DNA from: Zygnema circumcarinatum SAG 698-1b
Lineage: Eukaryota; Plantae; Zygnematophyceae
Assembly: GCA_037447605.1 (NCBI GenBank)
Contig: CM074806.1
Span: 1,426,001 to 1,490,000 of the forward strand
DNA length: 64,000 bases
Direction of reading: 5' to 3'
In this document: piece by piece, positions 1-14,109 of the stretch
Layout of the letters: every line of letters begins with the position of its first letter
How positions within the stretch are numbered: the stretch's first letter is position 1
Notes under the pieces: generated by a model
The model's input: only the letters and a program-made list of their open reading frames with translations
Told to the model about the DNA's origin: nothing
Databases searched by the model: none
Position numbers and translations under genes: made by a program

Positions 1-131
<131 letters not shown>

Positions 132-136
132 TGCAG

Positions 137-254
137 AATGCGAGACTGGTGGCGTCAGGGGTCCAACTGCGATGGCTACATCTGCGATCCGGACTATTTG
201 GCGGACGTGGTGCCCATGCGAAACGCTGAACCCGCGCCCCTTTTGGCGTCCTGA
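137..254 (+). CDS. Probable terminal exon of a gene that starts upstream of the window (…MRDWWRQGSNCDGYICDPDYLADVVPMRNAEPAPLLAS*)
   Basis: The pyrimidine tract ends in TTGCAG (AG at 135-136). An open frame runs from 138 to TGA at 252-254 with protein-like composition, followed by T-rich UTR-like sequence. Product unknown. Confidence 0.55.
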
Positions 255-1462
255 GTCCCTCCAGGAGGCTGCTTCCATAGATCGGCTTACGTCGCTGCTT
301 CATCCGCAAAAGGCTTCAACACCTAATCAAAACACCCCGACGCACCCCTTGCCTGGCCACTTCTCCGGCATCACCCTTATATACCGATCAATCTTGTGCA
401 AAGTTTAGTTTATTTTGATTCATTCTCTCTTTCCTTTTATTTAGTTCTTGTCTTTGTATCATGGGCCACCTCCCGATTCTGGAAGCTCTGATTTGTTAGC
501 GCGGCTGACTCTCAAAAGAAGAAAAGGTCGCTAACTTTCTATTGGAGTCAACCATGGAGGGAGGCCATTGCAATTGCGTTAGCCACTGCCTCGTCTTAGT
601 GTTTTGTGGATCCCCCAAAAGAAAGCTTCTCTTAAATAAAAGCCTGCCATTGCCCAATGGACTCCCTTTGCTGATTTTTTTATGTTTGGAAAAACATCTT
701 ACAGCTACCGTCTTCTCCATATGGTTTGGAATGGTCTGGAATTTGTTAGAATTGTCGAAATTGTTTCAGATCTATCCATGGATGTGTCAGATATCTATGC
801 TGCATGTATGCATATTAATGTATGAATACTGCATTGCAGGCATGCTGAATCTGCTGCTGTAGACTGGGCTCGATGCCACACAGTTAGATCAGTGGAAACT
901 GCTCGTACAAGTGGAAGGGCATTAGTGGAACTAATAAATGACATTCCAGATCTATCCAAAATTGAGATAGAATGGAGCAGGCCGCTAGTCCGCTAGGGCC
1001 TATACCCGAGGAGGTTCCAGTCGTGTGGGACGCACCCGAGAAAGAGGAGCAGTTATGATTTAATCATGCCACAAAACCCACAGGAAACCCACAGGCACGC
1101 AGAGAAGTTAGATGTAGAGAAGGACGTCAACCAAAGCAGTCTAATTTTCGTGGGTTCCAGGAAATTCAGAAAATTCGGGGAAGGTTGAGGAGACAGTAGA
1201 ACCGCAGCCGGATATTCAGAGTAGTGAGCCCACAATTTCAACTAAGGAACGCATTTGGACTACATTTTTAAAGGGTGGTGAAAAAAGGCCTGGCTGCCCT
1301 ATTTTGTGATAGTTATTGGAAAAGAGGGAGGGCGCAATTGCAGCAAGTTGTGGATATAGATATATGTGACGATTCTTTTTGGCAAGCTAGACAGGCCAGA
1401 GTGTAGAGGGGCGTCACACTTTCCATACAGTAGCTGATGGTTTCTGCAGGTAAAGCAAAGCA

Positions 1463-4400
1463 TCAAGTGTCTGAGTCATATTCAAAACTGTCCAGGGCTT
1501 TCCCTCCGCCACCAATAGCAAGCGCTTGCAAATGCTCCCCTAGGCCCTCCACTGCCTCTCTATCAAAGCCCCACTGGGCCAGCACAGACCTGCCTGAGCT
1601 TCTATTCAGACCGTTCTTAAGGAGGTCCTGCAGTCTGAGTTCTATGAGCGGAACCACCAGTGGGCCTGTGCCAAGCCTCGTAAACACAGAAACACCGTTC
1701 TTCCACCGTAAGCGCCCCCCTTGGCTGACTTGGGGACGCGAAATAGGAGGAAAGGGGAATGGAATGGCCAAAGACTGTCTGGAGAGTGCCATGTGGCGAA
1801 CTGAAAGAACTCCCATGCCTTGGCCCAATGTGGATTTCAAAAACTCCTCGGCCCTCGAGAGCGATACAGGCCCAAGATCACCTGCAAAAGGATAGAGGAC
1901 ATAAGAGGAAATGGTGGGACTAACCTAAATGAGCCTGAGCAAAAAGCAGCTGAGTGGGCAGTAAACTAACCGCTATGGTCCTGTAGGCCTCGCAGAATTA
2001 GGGCTTCCGCAAAAACCTTGTCTCCATCATATCTCTCGACCACTGGGGCCAAACTTGTCACAGCTGCTCCCATACTCGAAGCTTCTGCAAGATCAACAGT
2101 CAGCCAACCCAGACGCCCCATTTCTTCTCATGCAAATGAACTTGCAGCTCTTCACTTAAAAAAAGTCAATACTGTAAGCATGTGAAAAAGTTCCACTGTG
2201 CCATCCCCGAGAAAATGTCGTACATCGTCATGCCCACAATCGTCTGTAGCCCTTTGATGGAAAATGATCCCTACCAGATACAGTTGGTGCTGGAAGCGAC
2301 ATGGCTGCACATGCGACTCTACTGGCCGGTGTTCTAGCCAGAAGGCGAACAAAACTGGCAGCATCAACGGCACCCATTGGGCCGCCAGAAGCAGTAGAAG
2401 CAGAGAAACGATAAGGCAGAGTCAGAGTGTCCATGGCTGAAGCATAAACCGAACTTGTGTGAAACGCCTGGGCATCGTCCACAGGAAGATGCGGAAAAGT
2501 TCCTGAAAACGCCCATCATGATTCTCTTCTTGAGTATCTCTTCTTTTCTCTTTTTCCTTCATCTGCGATGTGTCTCTGAAATGGTGAATGGGAAGAAGCA
2601 CCTGCTGCACTTTTCTTTTCCCTTAGCCTGATTCCATGATCACATTCACACAGCCCACTGTCCCACGTTCAAGTGTAATTGAGACAAGAAAGAGCAACAT
2701 GCATTCAACTCCAATAAATTTGGCAAAGGCAATGCAATTGCAGCGTGACCAGTATATAGTGGATCACCCACCATTGCCAATTGACCTCCTTCCGAGGGGT
2801 ATGTACAAGTCAACTTGGGAGGATAGAGTTGCAAAAGCAAGAGCGCTTGTAAGGTTGTGCACAAGGGAAGACTGCTGGCCGGTTGGCTTCCAAGCAGCTT
2901 CAGGAGGTTGTAAGGAGAAAAGGAGACGAGGAACTTTTGAATACTCGTCATTTAGCACTTGAAGGGTTTCTGCACCAAGGGGAGAGAATCCGCCGACCTC
3001 ATCTATACTGCATTGGAATGCCTGTAGACAAGCCATCACAAGCATATCAATACGAACTCTTGTCTACTGTTGGAGTACAATATTGCAACTTAGCAAACTC
3101 CTGCAATACGCTCACTGTGCCCTCAGCCTATCTTGCGTGCCGCCACTGTGATAAAACCCTCAAATAAGAATGTTAAGACCACACATGTGACCTACATCTT
3201 AGCTCCAACTTTCCTCTACCATTCTTGCGACGTTCTCATTGCTTCACTAATATAAAACAAGTCATGTCGTGCTGCCTTCATTGATGTCATGTGAGCCTCA
3301 CCTGAAGATGATCGCACGCTTCTGCAAGCATCCTAAGACGCTCCCCGATTTCCTCTAAATTTTGTGAGTCTTCCACCAGAGCCTGCCCTTCAGCATAACT
3401 TCGAAAAGAGGGAAGCGGCCCTTCCCCTTGCCATGCCGCCCTCACCTCCAAAACACTCGATGGATGGAGGGGGGCCTTCAGATAGTCGGTCCAATAGCGC
3501 ACTTTCTCTTTGAAGGTCTCCAATTGCGAGGGAGCGCTGAAATTCGACAGTGAGGAGCTCCCACTCTTCACTTCCCTGCCTCCCTCTAAGTGATCGCTTC
3601 TGCTCCCTATGCTCGAATTAGACCTCTCAGTCTGCAATTCCTCTTCGTCAAGACTGCGTTGAAAGGCATTTTTTTGGATTTCAGGGGCTTGGTACAGTGC
3701 TCGGGGCCCCTTCCTGGAACACGGCACAACTATTGTGTTAGCAATCGTGGGTATAAGGATGGGAAGCAGAAGCTGCAGTTGCCATATGAAATCGAATCTT
3801 TTTACGAGTCAGGAGTGTTCCCGCCTGAAGGGCAAAATGAATACCAAGTAGCAATGGAAGTGACATTGGCAGCAGTCGGAGTCTCATATGGAAATCCAAC
3901 AGCAGGAAGGGCTCCAAGGCTACCTGTGTCATGGCAGGATATGACAGGTGAGGTTATCTGCAGCAGGAAGTGCTAAGGGTCGAGAACACCGGCTGACCAG
4001 ACTTCACCATCAAAGACATAAAGTATCCCAAAGTCATTTTCAGCATAGCAGAAACGTGGAGGAACCAAGCCACAAGCAGCACACTCCATTAAAGTCGATT
4101 CTGATGTTGCAACTTGGAATCAAAAGCTCACCTTTAATATCCACTGCAAGGAGCCGCGGGGTGTATGTCGCCGTACCCTGCAAAGCTTATCCTCCATCTG
4201 AGACGAGAAAGGCCTATACTTGCAGCGAGTGCCGTTGCAGCAACACACTATGCAGCCAATACTGCAGGAAAGGATTCACACAAACCTGGCGGGTTTCGCC
4301 GACTTTATAAAGAACATCCGAATCAACTTCAGTTGCGAACGCGCCATCGGGAGAGTTAGGATCTAAGCCAAGCAGCTCATCCTGTACACAACAACGGCTG

Positions 4401-5640
4401 CCTCAATAAAAGGACCAACAGCAGACAGTAGGCCCATTGCGGAAGCTTCATAAGAAAAGAAACGGCCTAACTGTGACCAGGCATCACAGCTGTTTCAGAA
4501 CATGAACATGTCACATGTTCGCCTCATGTTCGCCTCCCTTGCTAAAGGTTAAGCACAAGCACATCCATCCAGAAAACAGTAGCCACTTCATTCTCCACAT
4601 ACCTTCACGAATACTAATTCACATCCAGCCAATTTCACCGCCAGCCTCGCTTGCATTTTAATTGTTCCAAATCATCCCCCAGCTTGTAGCATTCAACCAT
4701 CTCCTTACCAGTGATTACTACGTTATATTGGCGTTATCAAATCTATTTACTACCTCATCTTGTAGCTGTAAGTCCATGTTCCTTTATTGCATAGTTGTCC
4801 AAAATCTTTTTGCATTTCACATCAAGATTTCCCCGTCCAAACCCCTCTCTGCTGCTGCCTTTGAATAAACAACGGGTTATGTGCAAATTCACGACTTATA
4901 TCCAATGGCTCCTTACCAAGAGCGAATTCTTGAAAACTTAAGTTTGGGCACTAGACAGGGTTTCATGATTTCAAACAGCTCAGGGGAACCGCTGTACATT
5001 TTAACGTGGATTGGTTTAACGCGCTAATAAGGAAAACGACAAATGTCATTCAACATGACTTTCTCGGCTTCAGATCAGAAGAAACTAGAGATATGACGCA
5101 AAACATAGCTATGCAGCAGGCATTAGTTGTTGCAAAAAAAACGGACCTTCATCTGGAAGCACCAAAAATAAATAACGACTAACTGAGAAAGAGCACACTG
5201 TGATTTACGTGTGACGTTTTTATTTTTTTAGTATTCATAAACAGAATAAAGGCGAATAAACGATTGATGAACAGTTCACTGCAATACTCTTCAGTGAATC
5301 CTATTTTGTTGGCACACAGAATTTTCCAATCGCTGCTATGAAAATTCATCACCCTTACCCGGGCAGAGGCACGCTTCACACATGCTCCACTCCACAGACT
5401 GCATCTTGCTGAGTTTGTTCGTTTTAACTTTATTAATGACTACAACGCTTGAATCACAAGCTAAAAGCATCATAGCCAATTCAGCACGTTCAACCATATG
5501 TTCATCTTCAGCTAAGCTGCCTCTGCACCTCCTGCAATATCAGAATAAGCAAGCTACACCAAGCTGACCTGAAAATTCCAGAAGTGAGCGCCCACAAAAT
5601 TGGCGTAGCTACCCACTTGCAAGCAAACCACCTCCCTCAT
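1463..5640 (-). CDS. MSTO1: Misato/DML1 tubulin-FtsZ-like protein (multi-exon)
   Basis: Exon 5569-5640 gives MREVVCLQVGSYANFVGAHFWNFQ; exon 4286-4381 gives DELLGLD…DVLYKVGET; exon 4132-4177 gives TYTPRLLAVD. Later exons give VRYWTDYLKAPLHP, RLRMLAEACDHLQ, DTLTLPYR and a C-terminal WGFDREAVE…DSDT*. All are Misato hallmarks, joined by in-phase GT-AG junctions where checked. Confidence 0.93.
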
Positions 5641-5897
5641 TGCGTTGTCTGCTGGAAAGAAAAGAAAACTTCTCGCAAGATAAGGGACCCCTTCCAATGC
5701 CCTAATGGAGGGCGAGCGTTTGAAGCGATTCACTTCCACTTCACAACAAAAGCGAACGTCTTTGAAACTGAAGTCGCTTCTCAAACTTCAAAAGTTTTTC
5801 TTTTGGGCGAGGACGACATTACTAGCGAGAGGTCGCCTTGAGAACAAGCGACTCCCCTCTGTCCTCTGTCTTTCACACCATCTCTCCACTTCATGAG

Positions 5898-8800
5898 ATG
5901 GCAACGATGTCTAAGAATCTGCGTTCATGCTTCCGAGGCCTTGCGCCTGCACTTTGCAGAAGCGCCTTCAGTGGGCAAGAGGGCCTAAAAAGGCAGCATC
6001 AAAGGGTTTACTCGGCAGCGGCATCCATTGGGAGGGCACACACACAACCGAGACCATTCCAGCAGGTGCTTCAAGTTGCAGGTCCTCCTTGGATGTTGGT
6101 GCATTTCAAGATTCGGAGAACATTAGTGAGGTGAATGTGATTCTTAAAGGGAATAGTAACGTGAGGATGAACTCCTAGCACAAATGAATGAATCGTCTGT
6201 GCGGGGCAGAGCAATGAACCAGTGAAACAATCACATTGATGCCACTGAAATTCTTCAAAGGAAATTTTGCCGTAATAGATGTCTGTTGTGAATGCTTTAA
6301 GCTCGAACAAAGATATTTCCAACAATAAAAAGAAACATCGCATGGCTACTTGAATTGTGCGTTCTGGTTTGTCTCCAGTTCTGATGCTCTGTCTGCTCTT
6401 ATGGCTGACGAAGTAGGGGATGAGATATAGTTCGTGGTTTACAAACCTTCCTTGTCTGTGGTAGGATAGAGGAGAAGGGCAATGTTGAATTCTGTGAAAA
6501 TGTGCTATGGCAGCCTTGGAAGAAAGGCTTTGGTGGATTTGCCTTCCATGAATTTCAGCAAGCAAGAGGGGTTCCTCAGCAAGGCGGAGGGAGTACTCTT
6601 CATCGAGTTCGAGCTCTGCTAACAGGAGTGAAGGTATTCTTCCAAAATCTATTATCCCGAAAGCTTTCAGGCTTCTTGAGTAGCAATTCATGGCAAACAT
6701 TACCCTCAAGAGGAAGTTCCATGTCATTGTGGCATCTCCCCATGTAGTTCCTTCTCTTGTTAATGCAGCCATCTAGCTTACTTTGTGCTTGGTTTTTTTG
6801 TACTTAAATAATTCGTCGCGGTGCAAAAATCTAGCTTACTTTGTACCTGGTCTTTTGTGCTTTAGTTGAAGTGCAAAGCTAGCGATCCTCAAAATTAGTG
6901 CTCCTACAGCAACAGATCGGCTATCTATACCCAACTGATATTCGAGTGTTGTTCGCCACACATGCACTTTGAAATTTTATTTCTTACCGTTCCTGTTTTC
7001 TTTGTTGGCACAACTCCCGATCGCACAAAAGATGTTTGATTATTTTCATTTCGTTAATGTCAAGTTCATTGCTTTCGAATAGCAGAAATAATTCTTCTAC
7101 ATCACGTTAAACGGGTACTTAATGTGAATTTCCGCGCTCGCCCACCCTCTCTTATTCCCAGAGGCAGCTTTCAGAATTATCCACACTTCACGAGAATCAA
7201 GAAGATAAAAGTTTGATTAGCGTTGCAACAATTACAGAGAACAGGTTCAGTAACAAGTGAAGTTGAGCTTAAAGAATTAACTTGTGCTCTTTCTTTGAAG
7301 TGTTCCTTATAGCGGACCATTTTTCCATCCTTCAGGGCTTTGATTAATCCAAAGAAACTGTCATTGGCTGACTCTCCTGGTTGATTACAAGATGCATAGC
7401 ACAAGCACTGGAAGATTCCAGTTTCTTGCCTCAAGGCATATATTAGTTCCTTCATATGCATATAGCAGGCATACTCCTCTTCAGGAATCCCCTCCGAAAA
7501 AAAGTATTTGCAAGTGCGGAGTGTTTCTGACAGTTCGTCAATACCTTGCCTTTGGCTCTTACCGAGTCGGACACCAATGGAGGTCCTCTCTGTATCTTTC
7601 AAGTTCATTTGTCAGCTAGCAAGTCGTCCTTCCCCAGGCCTGATCTAGCAAGACTAGCAAGAAAAGAAAATCTCTGACATGCTACCTGCAGCCGCTCCAT
7701 TCATTCATCACTCGTCCCTCCTCCTCACCCTTCCTGCGTCTAGAAAAAGTTCTTACTCGGGACATTTTGGTGGACAACTCTACAGACTCGCTGCCAGTCC
7801 TCTTTGGCAACAGCATCTTCAACTATTGCTTTTGAAAGTTCAGCAGCGTCCAGTGGTCCAGCTTTAGGCCACCTCGTCGCCGGAGGAGAGAGAGCTCAGC
7901 GACAAGTTGGCTGGTGGCTGTTCACATGTACGGGATGGGTTGGGAGTATGGTGGTTCTCGGGGGAGTAACCCGCCTCACTCGTTCGGGTCTGTCCATGAC
8001 GGAATGGCGCTTCACGGGGAAATTACCTCCTATTACTGAGGATGAGTGGAAGCAAGAGTTTGATAAGTACAAGAGGTCGCCCGAGTATGAAAGGTAAGAG
8101 GTATTGTGTAAAGCATAGTGTACTGGGAATGTGTTGGGAAATGAATGTGCACTGAGCATAATCGTTTTGAAACAGTTAAGAACGAAATGCGCTAGACAAT
8201 TTGTTTTGAACTGGAACGACGGTAACTATAGATCATTGAAATAGTCAACATTTTGAAAAGCCAAAGCAAACAAGAGAAGGAGAAGGTATTTGTGGGTTTT
8301 ACTGTGTACCTTCGTTCTTCACACAATTTCAAAAAGTCTCGGACATGGCCAACCTGTTGTCAACTTCAGTCCTTCCAAAATGCGACTGTCACGTAACGTA
8401 CTTCAGAATAGGTAGCATGGTCTTGAGTGCTAGTTGTAGAGGTCCTTTTTCGCAACCAGAACCATACAAATCCGTGAACGTAGCAACACCAATTTCCTTC
8501 TTTCATTGGCATTACTTTATGTTTAACTGAAAAACTCACATGCACTGTTCAAAATCTTCAAAATGTGCAACGGATGTAGAGTGAACCAGGGGATGCTATT
8601 GGCCGACTTCAAGTTTATATATTGGATGGAGTATGCGCATCGTATGTGGGGAAGGGCGCTTGGAGTGGTCTTTCTCGGGCCGTGCGCTTACTTTGCAGCA
8701 AGAGGCTTCATCACACGCAAGCTGGCAGTGCGCCTTGGCATTTTGGGAGCCCTCGGGACCGGTCAGGGCTTCATAGGGTGGTGGATGGTGAAGAGTGGCC

Positions 8801-10497
8801 TTGAGGTACATGTCTGAATGCTCAACTACTCCACATGGCATCACCCCTCTCTTGGTTTCCGTCCTCTTCCACTTGCTGCTTCATGAAGCTGTTTCGCAGT
8901 TGAACAGTTGCTTTCCCTGAGCAGCTTTGTATGTTTTTCTTTCTGTCCTGGTCATCTACAGCCGACTGAAGTTGAATAGCTGCAGAACAGTGCTGTACGC
9001 TGGTTTTGGGATTTTGCATGGCTTAGACTGTTGAAGTATCTCCCTGTATTGTGAGCTTTTGCCTTTTCCGACTCTAGGCATCAGTACCTTGGATTTAGAA
9101 CATTGAAATTGAACTTGGAATCGGAATGTATGGATCCTTGTTGTCAGAAACCGGCATCAGAACATGTTATCCCACGAGTGAGCCCTTACCGCCTAGCAAC
9201 ACACCTCGCCTCTGCCTTTACCATATATTGTGGCCTTCTGTGGACCGCTCTTTCGGTGGCTATGCCAGTAGCCCTCATAAATAATTCGACTCAGTTAGTG
9301 GCTTCAGCAAAGGCTCGTCGTATGGTTCATGCTGTGGCCGCTTTGGTTGGCATCACTGCGCTTTCAGGAGCATTTGTGGCCGGCAATGATGCGGTGAGAA
9401 GCAGGCTGAACGTTGACCTGATTACTGCTATTGCATGTTGGAGCTGAACCTGGATTCGTTTTAGAATCTGCAGTCTCTGTCTTGAGGAATGGGAGAGGCA
9501 GGAGGCCACTATGTCCAATGAATATGTCACTGTGTCCTTTCAGTTTATTCCACCCCTTACATTTGTAGTTTTTATGACACGTGTTGACAGGGCCACGCCT
9601 ACAATACATTCCCAAAAATGGGAGATTCCTGGATTCCTCCATCCATTTTAGAATTGCAGCCAATCTATCGCAACTTTTTTGAGAACACTGCTACTGTTCA
9701 GGTAACAGCAAGCCCAAGGAGCCAGAGATGTCATAACTCATCACAAGTGCAGCTGTTAAGGCATGTACAATGTGACAGTTAAACACTTTGGCCAGGAAAG
9801 TAGGAGCGAATGTGACCAGTAGGTCTTTAATGCAGTCGGCTGCAGAAGAAGAGAAATAAGACTGAGCTTTTCAACGTGAGGATGAGGATACTGGCTCGGT
9901 TGTGATGAAGGAGTTGACCTGTTAGAGAGGATAGGCATCACGGTTTCTCGTCTTCGCTCTGAGGTCTGTTTACTTTTGCTGGATATATACAGTTCGACCA
10001 CCGTGTTCTGGCAACTTCCACATTGGCCTCCGTCGGCATCCTCTGGGCTTCAGCTTCAAAGCTTCCCCTGCATCACGTGTCAAAAAAGCTGTTGGGGGCC
10101 ATGTTGGGCATGACAGCAGTACAGGTAAGTCATACATCACTGTGGGCCTTACTAGCTTTAAAAAATGCAGAAGGCAAAGGCTGGAGCAGGCTTCCTATTT
10201 CATTCGTGCTCCTGAGTACATTGTGTGTTAAGAAGTAAGCTTTGTTGATGAGGGGGCTATGTGCAGCTTTCTAACAGGATGCCTTTGCTGGTGCAGGTCA
10301 CCTTGGGAATCTCCACGCTGCTTATGTATGTGCCCGTTTCACTCGGGTCTGCCCATCAAACCGGAGCCCTCGCCCTCTTCACAATACTTCTGACGCTGAT
10401 GCACACTCTGCGGCTGCCGAGTGGCGCCGCTGTCGCACTGAGACGGACCAGTCTTGGCCACTTAGGAGCCACGCCTCTCAATGGAGTGTTTAAGTAG
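5898..10497 (+). CDS. COX15: Heme A synthase COX15, mitochondrial (multi-exon)
   Basis: VGWWLF…[70 protein letters not shown] and [12 protein letters not shown]. Arg/Ser-rich presequence from ATG 5898. The 5' exons (5898-6130, 6465-6633, then ~7786) are less certain than the core. Confidence 0.93.
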
Positions 10498-10915
10498 CAG
10501 TGTGGCCGCTACGCCATGTGTGATATTAATCCTCATTTTTTAACAAAATAAAAGGATGGGATGAAGTTCCCTAACATTATTATGTTCATGAAGTAGACGG
10601 TGTACAATTGTTTTCTTGCAGTCAACTGTCGTGAATATCTCTCTCACTGGTCTAGCTTTGTTGTTGTCGCCGTCGTCCTCCTTGCTCAATCAAAGCAAAG
10701 GAAGGGTTGAACTACTGTGCAATTCATTGACGGTTGACTGAAAACTTGAATTATTGAAATCAACAACAAGCTTTTGCAATTAGTTATTGAGTTACTGCAA
10801 GAATAAGTGGTCAGGGGTTCAGAACAAAGTACAGTGGGCATCAATAACGATCAGCTGTCCAAAGTTCACTGAAACAATTTTGGCCGCAATTTCGGACGGA
10901 GTTGCACTCCGACTA

Positions 10916-13900
10916 TCAAAAAACGCCACCTCTTTCCCACGTGTATATGTCGCCCTTTGGACGCGGATACCTGTCGAGCACCTCATCTATCCGTGAGTTG
11001 TCGTCTTGGTCGAGGGAGAACAGCGACAACCGCCGATAGTCACTTACATGGCGTGCATTTCTGGCACCAATTATCACAGCTGCCACTGACGGCTTCTCAA
11101 GAACCCAACGTGTCGCCACGTTCGCAACATTGGTTCTGTGCTTCTCCGCAATACTTTTGAGAACCTGAAGGAGGTCTTGGAGAAAGTCCCAGCCACCAAC
11201 CTGCATACAGGCAGCAAGTTGGTCCTTGGGCTGAAGCCAATTGAGCTCCATCAAGCATATTTGGTCTTCGGTGCATATTCTGGCCTACTGTATGAATCAG
11301 AGCAAGCTTCCAGACCATATGCAGAAGCTTTATGTGATTTTCACGTTCAAAAGCGGGGAAAAGAGTCACGCTAGCCGAAATCTGCATCGCTTTTACTCTT
11401 ACCAAAGCCGTAAACTCAGTCTCTTTACTATAAGGAGAGCGAAACGTTGTTTATGGCTTTACCAACAGTGCTGGTTCATGCTGTGCTCCCATAGTTGCTA
11501 GTAACCCACTCAAATTGGACATGATCTTACAAATAAATATGCAGCAAAATCCACAAAAAACCACACAGAACACAAAGCATTGTTGGTCCTCGTGCTTAGA
11601 AAGTGGAAGTGTAAACTGACCTGTCTTAGGACAGAAAGGTACTTGGACTTGCTGTACGTATCCACCTTCACTATTCCCTGCGCTTCCGCATATGACATTC
11701 CGACATACCTGAATAAAACATACGACACATTCAGGAAAGTATTCAAGAACTGATAAAAGGCCAAGAGTAACATGGCGCCTGCTCGGCCCCCAAACATGAC
11801 TCATTAGTATTCCCACGCTACTTGACAGAGTTCACCATGTCTCTTCTGGTCTGAACCTTTCTTGCTTGTTCAGCTGCCTATCCTGAATGAAGCCCATTTG
11901 ATGAATTACATTAATCGCTTAGCATAATTCACAGCTTTCCCACGACACTAGAAAGAACTGCTGTACATGTCAGCAAAAGTTTATGGCAACAATAGACACT
12001 CCTCCTTTCTGGGTCCCCTTCCTCACAATAGGAAACCTGCATCATTTCAAAACGTAAACATTGCGGGCTTCGCGATCAAGCATTACCCTTCTGTTCTGAA
12101 CATGAATAACTGTACAAGAAAACCATTGCTACTGTTGAATGACGCCGCTGTGAGCGAGAACCACGATATGGACACCAGGACGGATTCCATCAGAAGAAAC
12201 AATCTGACGAAGTGTAAACTCAAGGTTTTGAACGATATATTCACATGCAAGAACTCCAATAGATACTCTTACATATTTGTCAGCTCGATAATTACCTGTC
12301 AGTAAGGAAGCCCCCTCCAACTACGCCAAAGGGAACGAGGGAAATGCCGTGTGCTTCACAAAACTGAGCATGACCATTTTCCACTCTGCGGTCGAGAAGC
12401 GAGTACTGTACTTGGCTGGACACGATGGGAACCCCTCCCTCAACCATAGCCTCTACACTACGAGTGTCAAAATTTGTCACTCCAATATGTCGAATCTTGT
12501 CTCCCTGCACGCAAGCAAGCAAGCGGTCAATATTGCGTTGAATGATGAATAAAAGCTTCCCATCTCCAGTTAACGGCTAAACTTCTACGCAAAAAATCAA
12601 TATAGGCATTGTCTACTTAAATATCAGCGGGCAATAGCATCCTCAGTGCAAAGTACCTATGTTCGTTTTCATAGTCAAAATAGGCTTAGCCAAATCGCTA
12701 CGACCTGTCCAATTGTTCGACCTGATCTAGATTTTTCAAGTCACTCACTTGGAGCTCTGCCAGATATTGTGCAGCAAGGACAAAGTTGTCTTGATTGTAG
12801 TCATGCCAATAGAAATGGACTAGATCCAAAGTGCCGCTGCCAAGGTTACCAAGTGACCTGTCTATTCCACGGCGCACTGCCTCACGCGTGGGGTTTCGCA
12901 ACTCTGTGGGAGAGAAGACGCAATACTTTGTGCAAATCTGCAGCCCAAGCCTGAAACAAAAATAAAATCAAATACATGCAAAAAACTTTTTAAAACTCCT
13001 CAGCTTTGATTGCTAAGGAGCTGATTTGCTTCAGCTCAATATGAGAATGCAACGTAGCGACAGTGACCAGAGCGCAGGACCATAAGAACCAATCCAAATT
13101 ACCAGCTAGTAGAAAGACAGAACATTGGTATTCCAAAAAGGCACTGACCTTCCATGTTTCCGAATAAACTCGCCAATGAGAGACTCAGAAGGGCCATAGA
13201 TGTCGGCTGTGTCAAATGTGGTGATACCCGCCTCCACGAACGGTCCAAAATCTTCCACTGCTGCTGCACCTTTCGTTCGATCGCTCTCAGAATCACCCCG
13301 ATGTCCCCCTGCCAGCTGATACAATCTGCAGAAGTAAGAAACAGGGCAAGCTTACTTTTCCTACAGTGTCTAGGAAGAGCAGGCTAACTGATTTAACCAT
13401 GTTAGAACAGAAAATGTAATTCATTTTGTCGAAACATAAACTCACAAGGTTATCTCCATACTCGACTTCTGGAACAAAAGCCGCCCTCCAGGAAACAACC
13501 AACTTAAAAACAACTCCCGAAAAACGTCTTACCTATTGATTATAAAGTGCACAGTTTTTGTAACGTAGTCATTTGGACCAAAGTGTTGGTCTTATGCACG
13601 CGCACTTCCGAAACCTTTCTCTTTAGGCAAACAACGTAGACCAGCAGGACTTATGCTCGACTCTCCATACAGTGGAAACTCCAAATGCGAAACGCTTAGT
13701 TGACGAAGGAGATAAGATTCACCTGCCAGCATCCTTTGATAACACTGGACGGGATCAGGTCTGGAGCGATGGGCTTGCCAAGCTGCACCAATGGGAGATA
13801 GTCATTTGTTTCTGCCCTCGCAGCTTCATCCCTTCCCTGACTCCCGCCTGCTGCAAGAGCTGCAAGAGACGAGGCAGCTAACAGATTCCGCCGACTCAAA

Positions 13901-14109
13901 TCCTCCATACCTACGCCTCCATCCCTCTCCCCTGCTGAACAACATCGAACAACTACTCCGCATGCCTTCTCCCACATCCGCCCTCGTCCTGTGGAAACAT
14001 TCCTCTCACTTCCTGCAAACCCTGTCTCTCTCCTCCTGACGGAAAGCCTTCTCTCAGTAGTAGCCACCGCCCCCTTGCCAAACAGCCGACTAGACAGCCC
14101 CTCCGCCAT
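10916..14109 (-). CDS. Aldo-keto reductase (RSP5/At2g27680-like subfamily) with a plastid transit peptide and a Tat-like lumen signal
   Basis: IKGCWQLAGGH, GITTFDTADIYGPSE, ICTKYC, LDLVHFYWHDY, IRHIGVTNFD, QVQYSLLDRR, VANVATRWVLEKPSVAAVIIGAR; stop at 10916. Confidence 0.9.

Noticed and set aside
6071-7608. Long minus-strand ORFs (233 aa at 6071-6772, 143 aa at 7177-7608) inside COX15, suggesting nested antisense genes
   Set aside because: An in-phase + strand COX15 exon fits at 6465-6633 and another may lie near 7392, so these are plausibly shadow frames. They have no recognisable motifs. Stranded RNA-seq would settle it.
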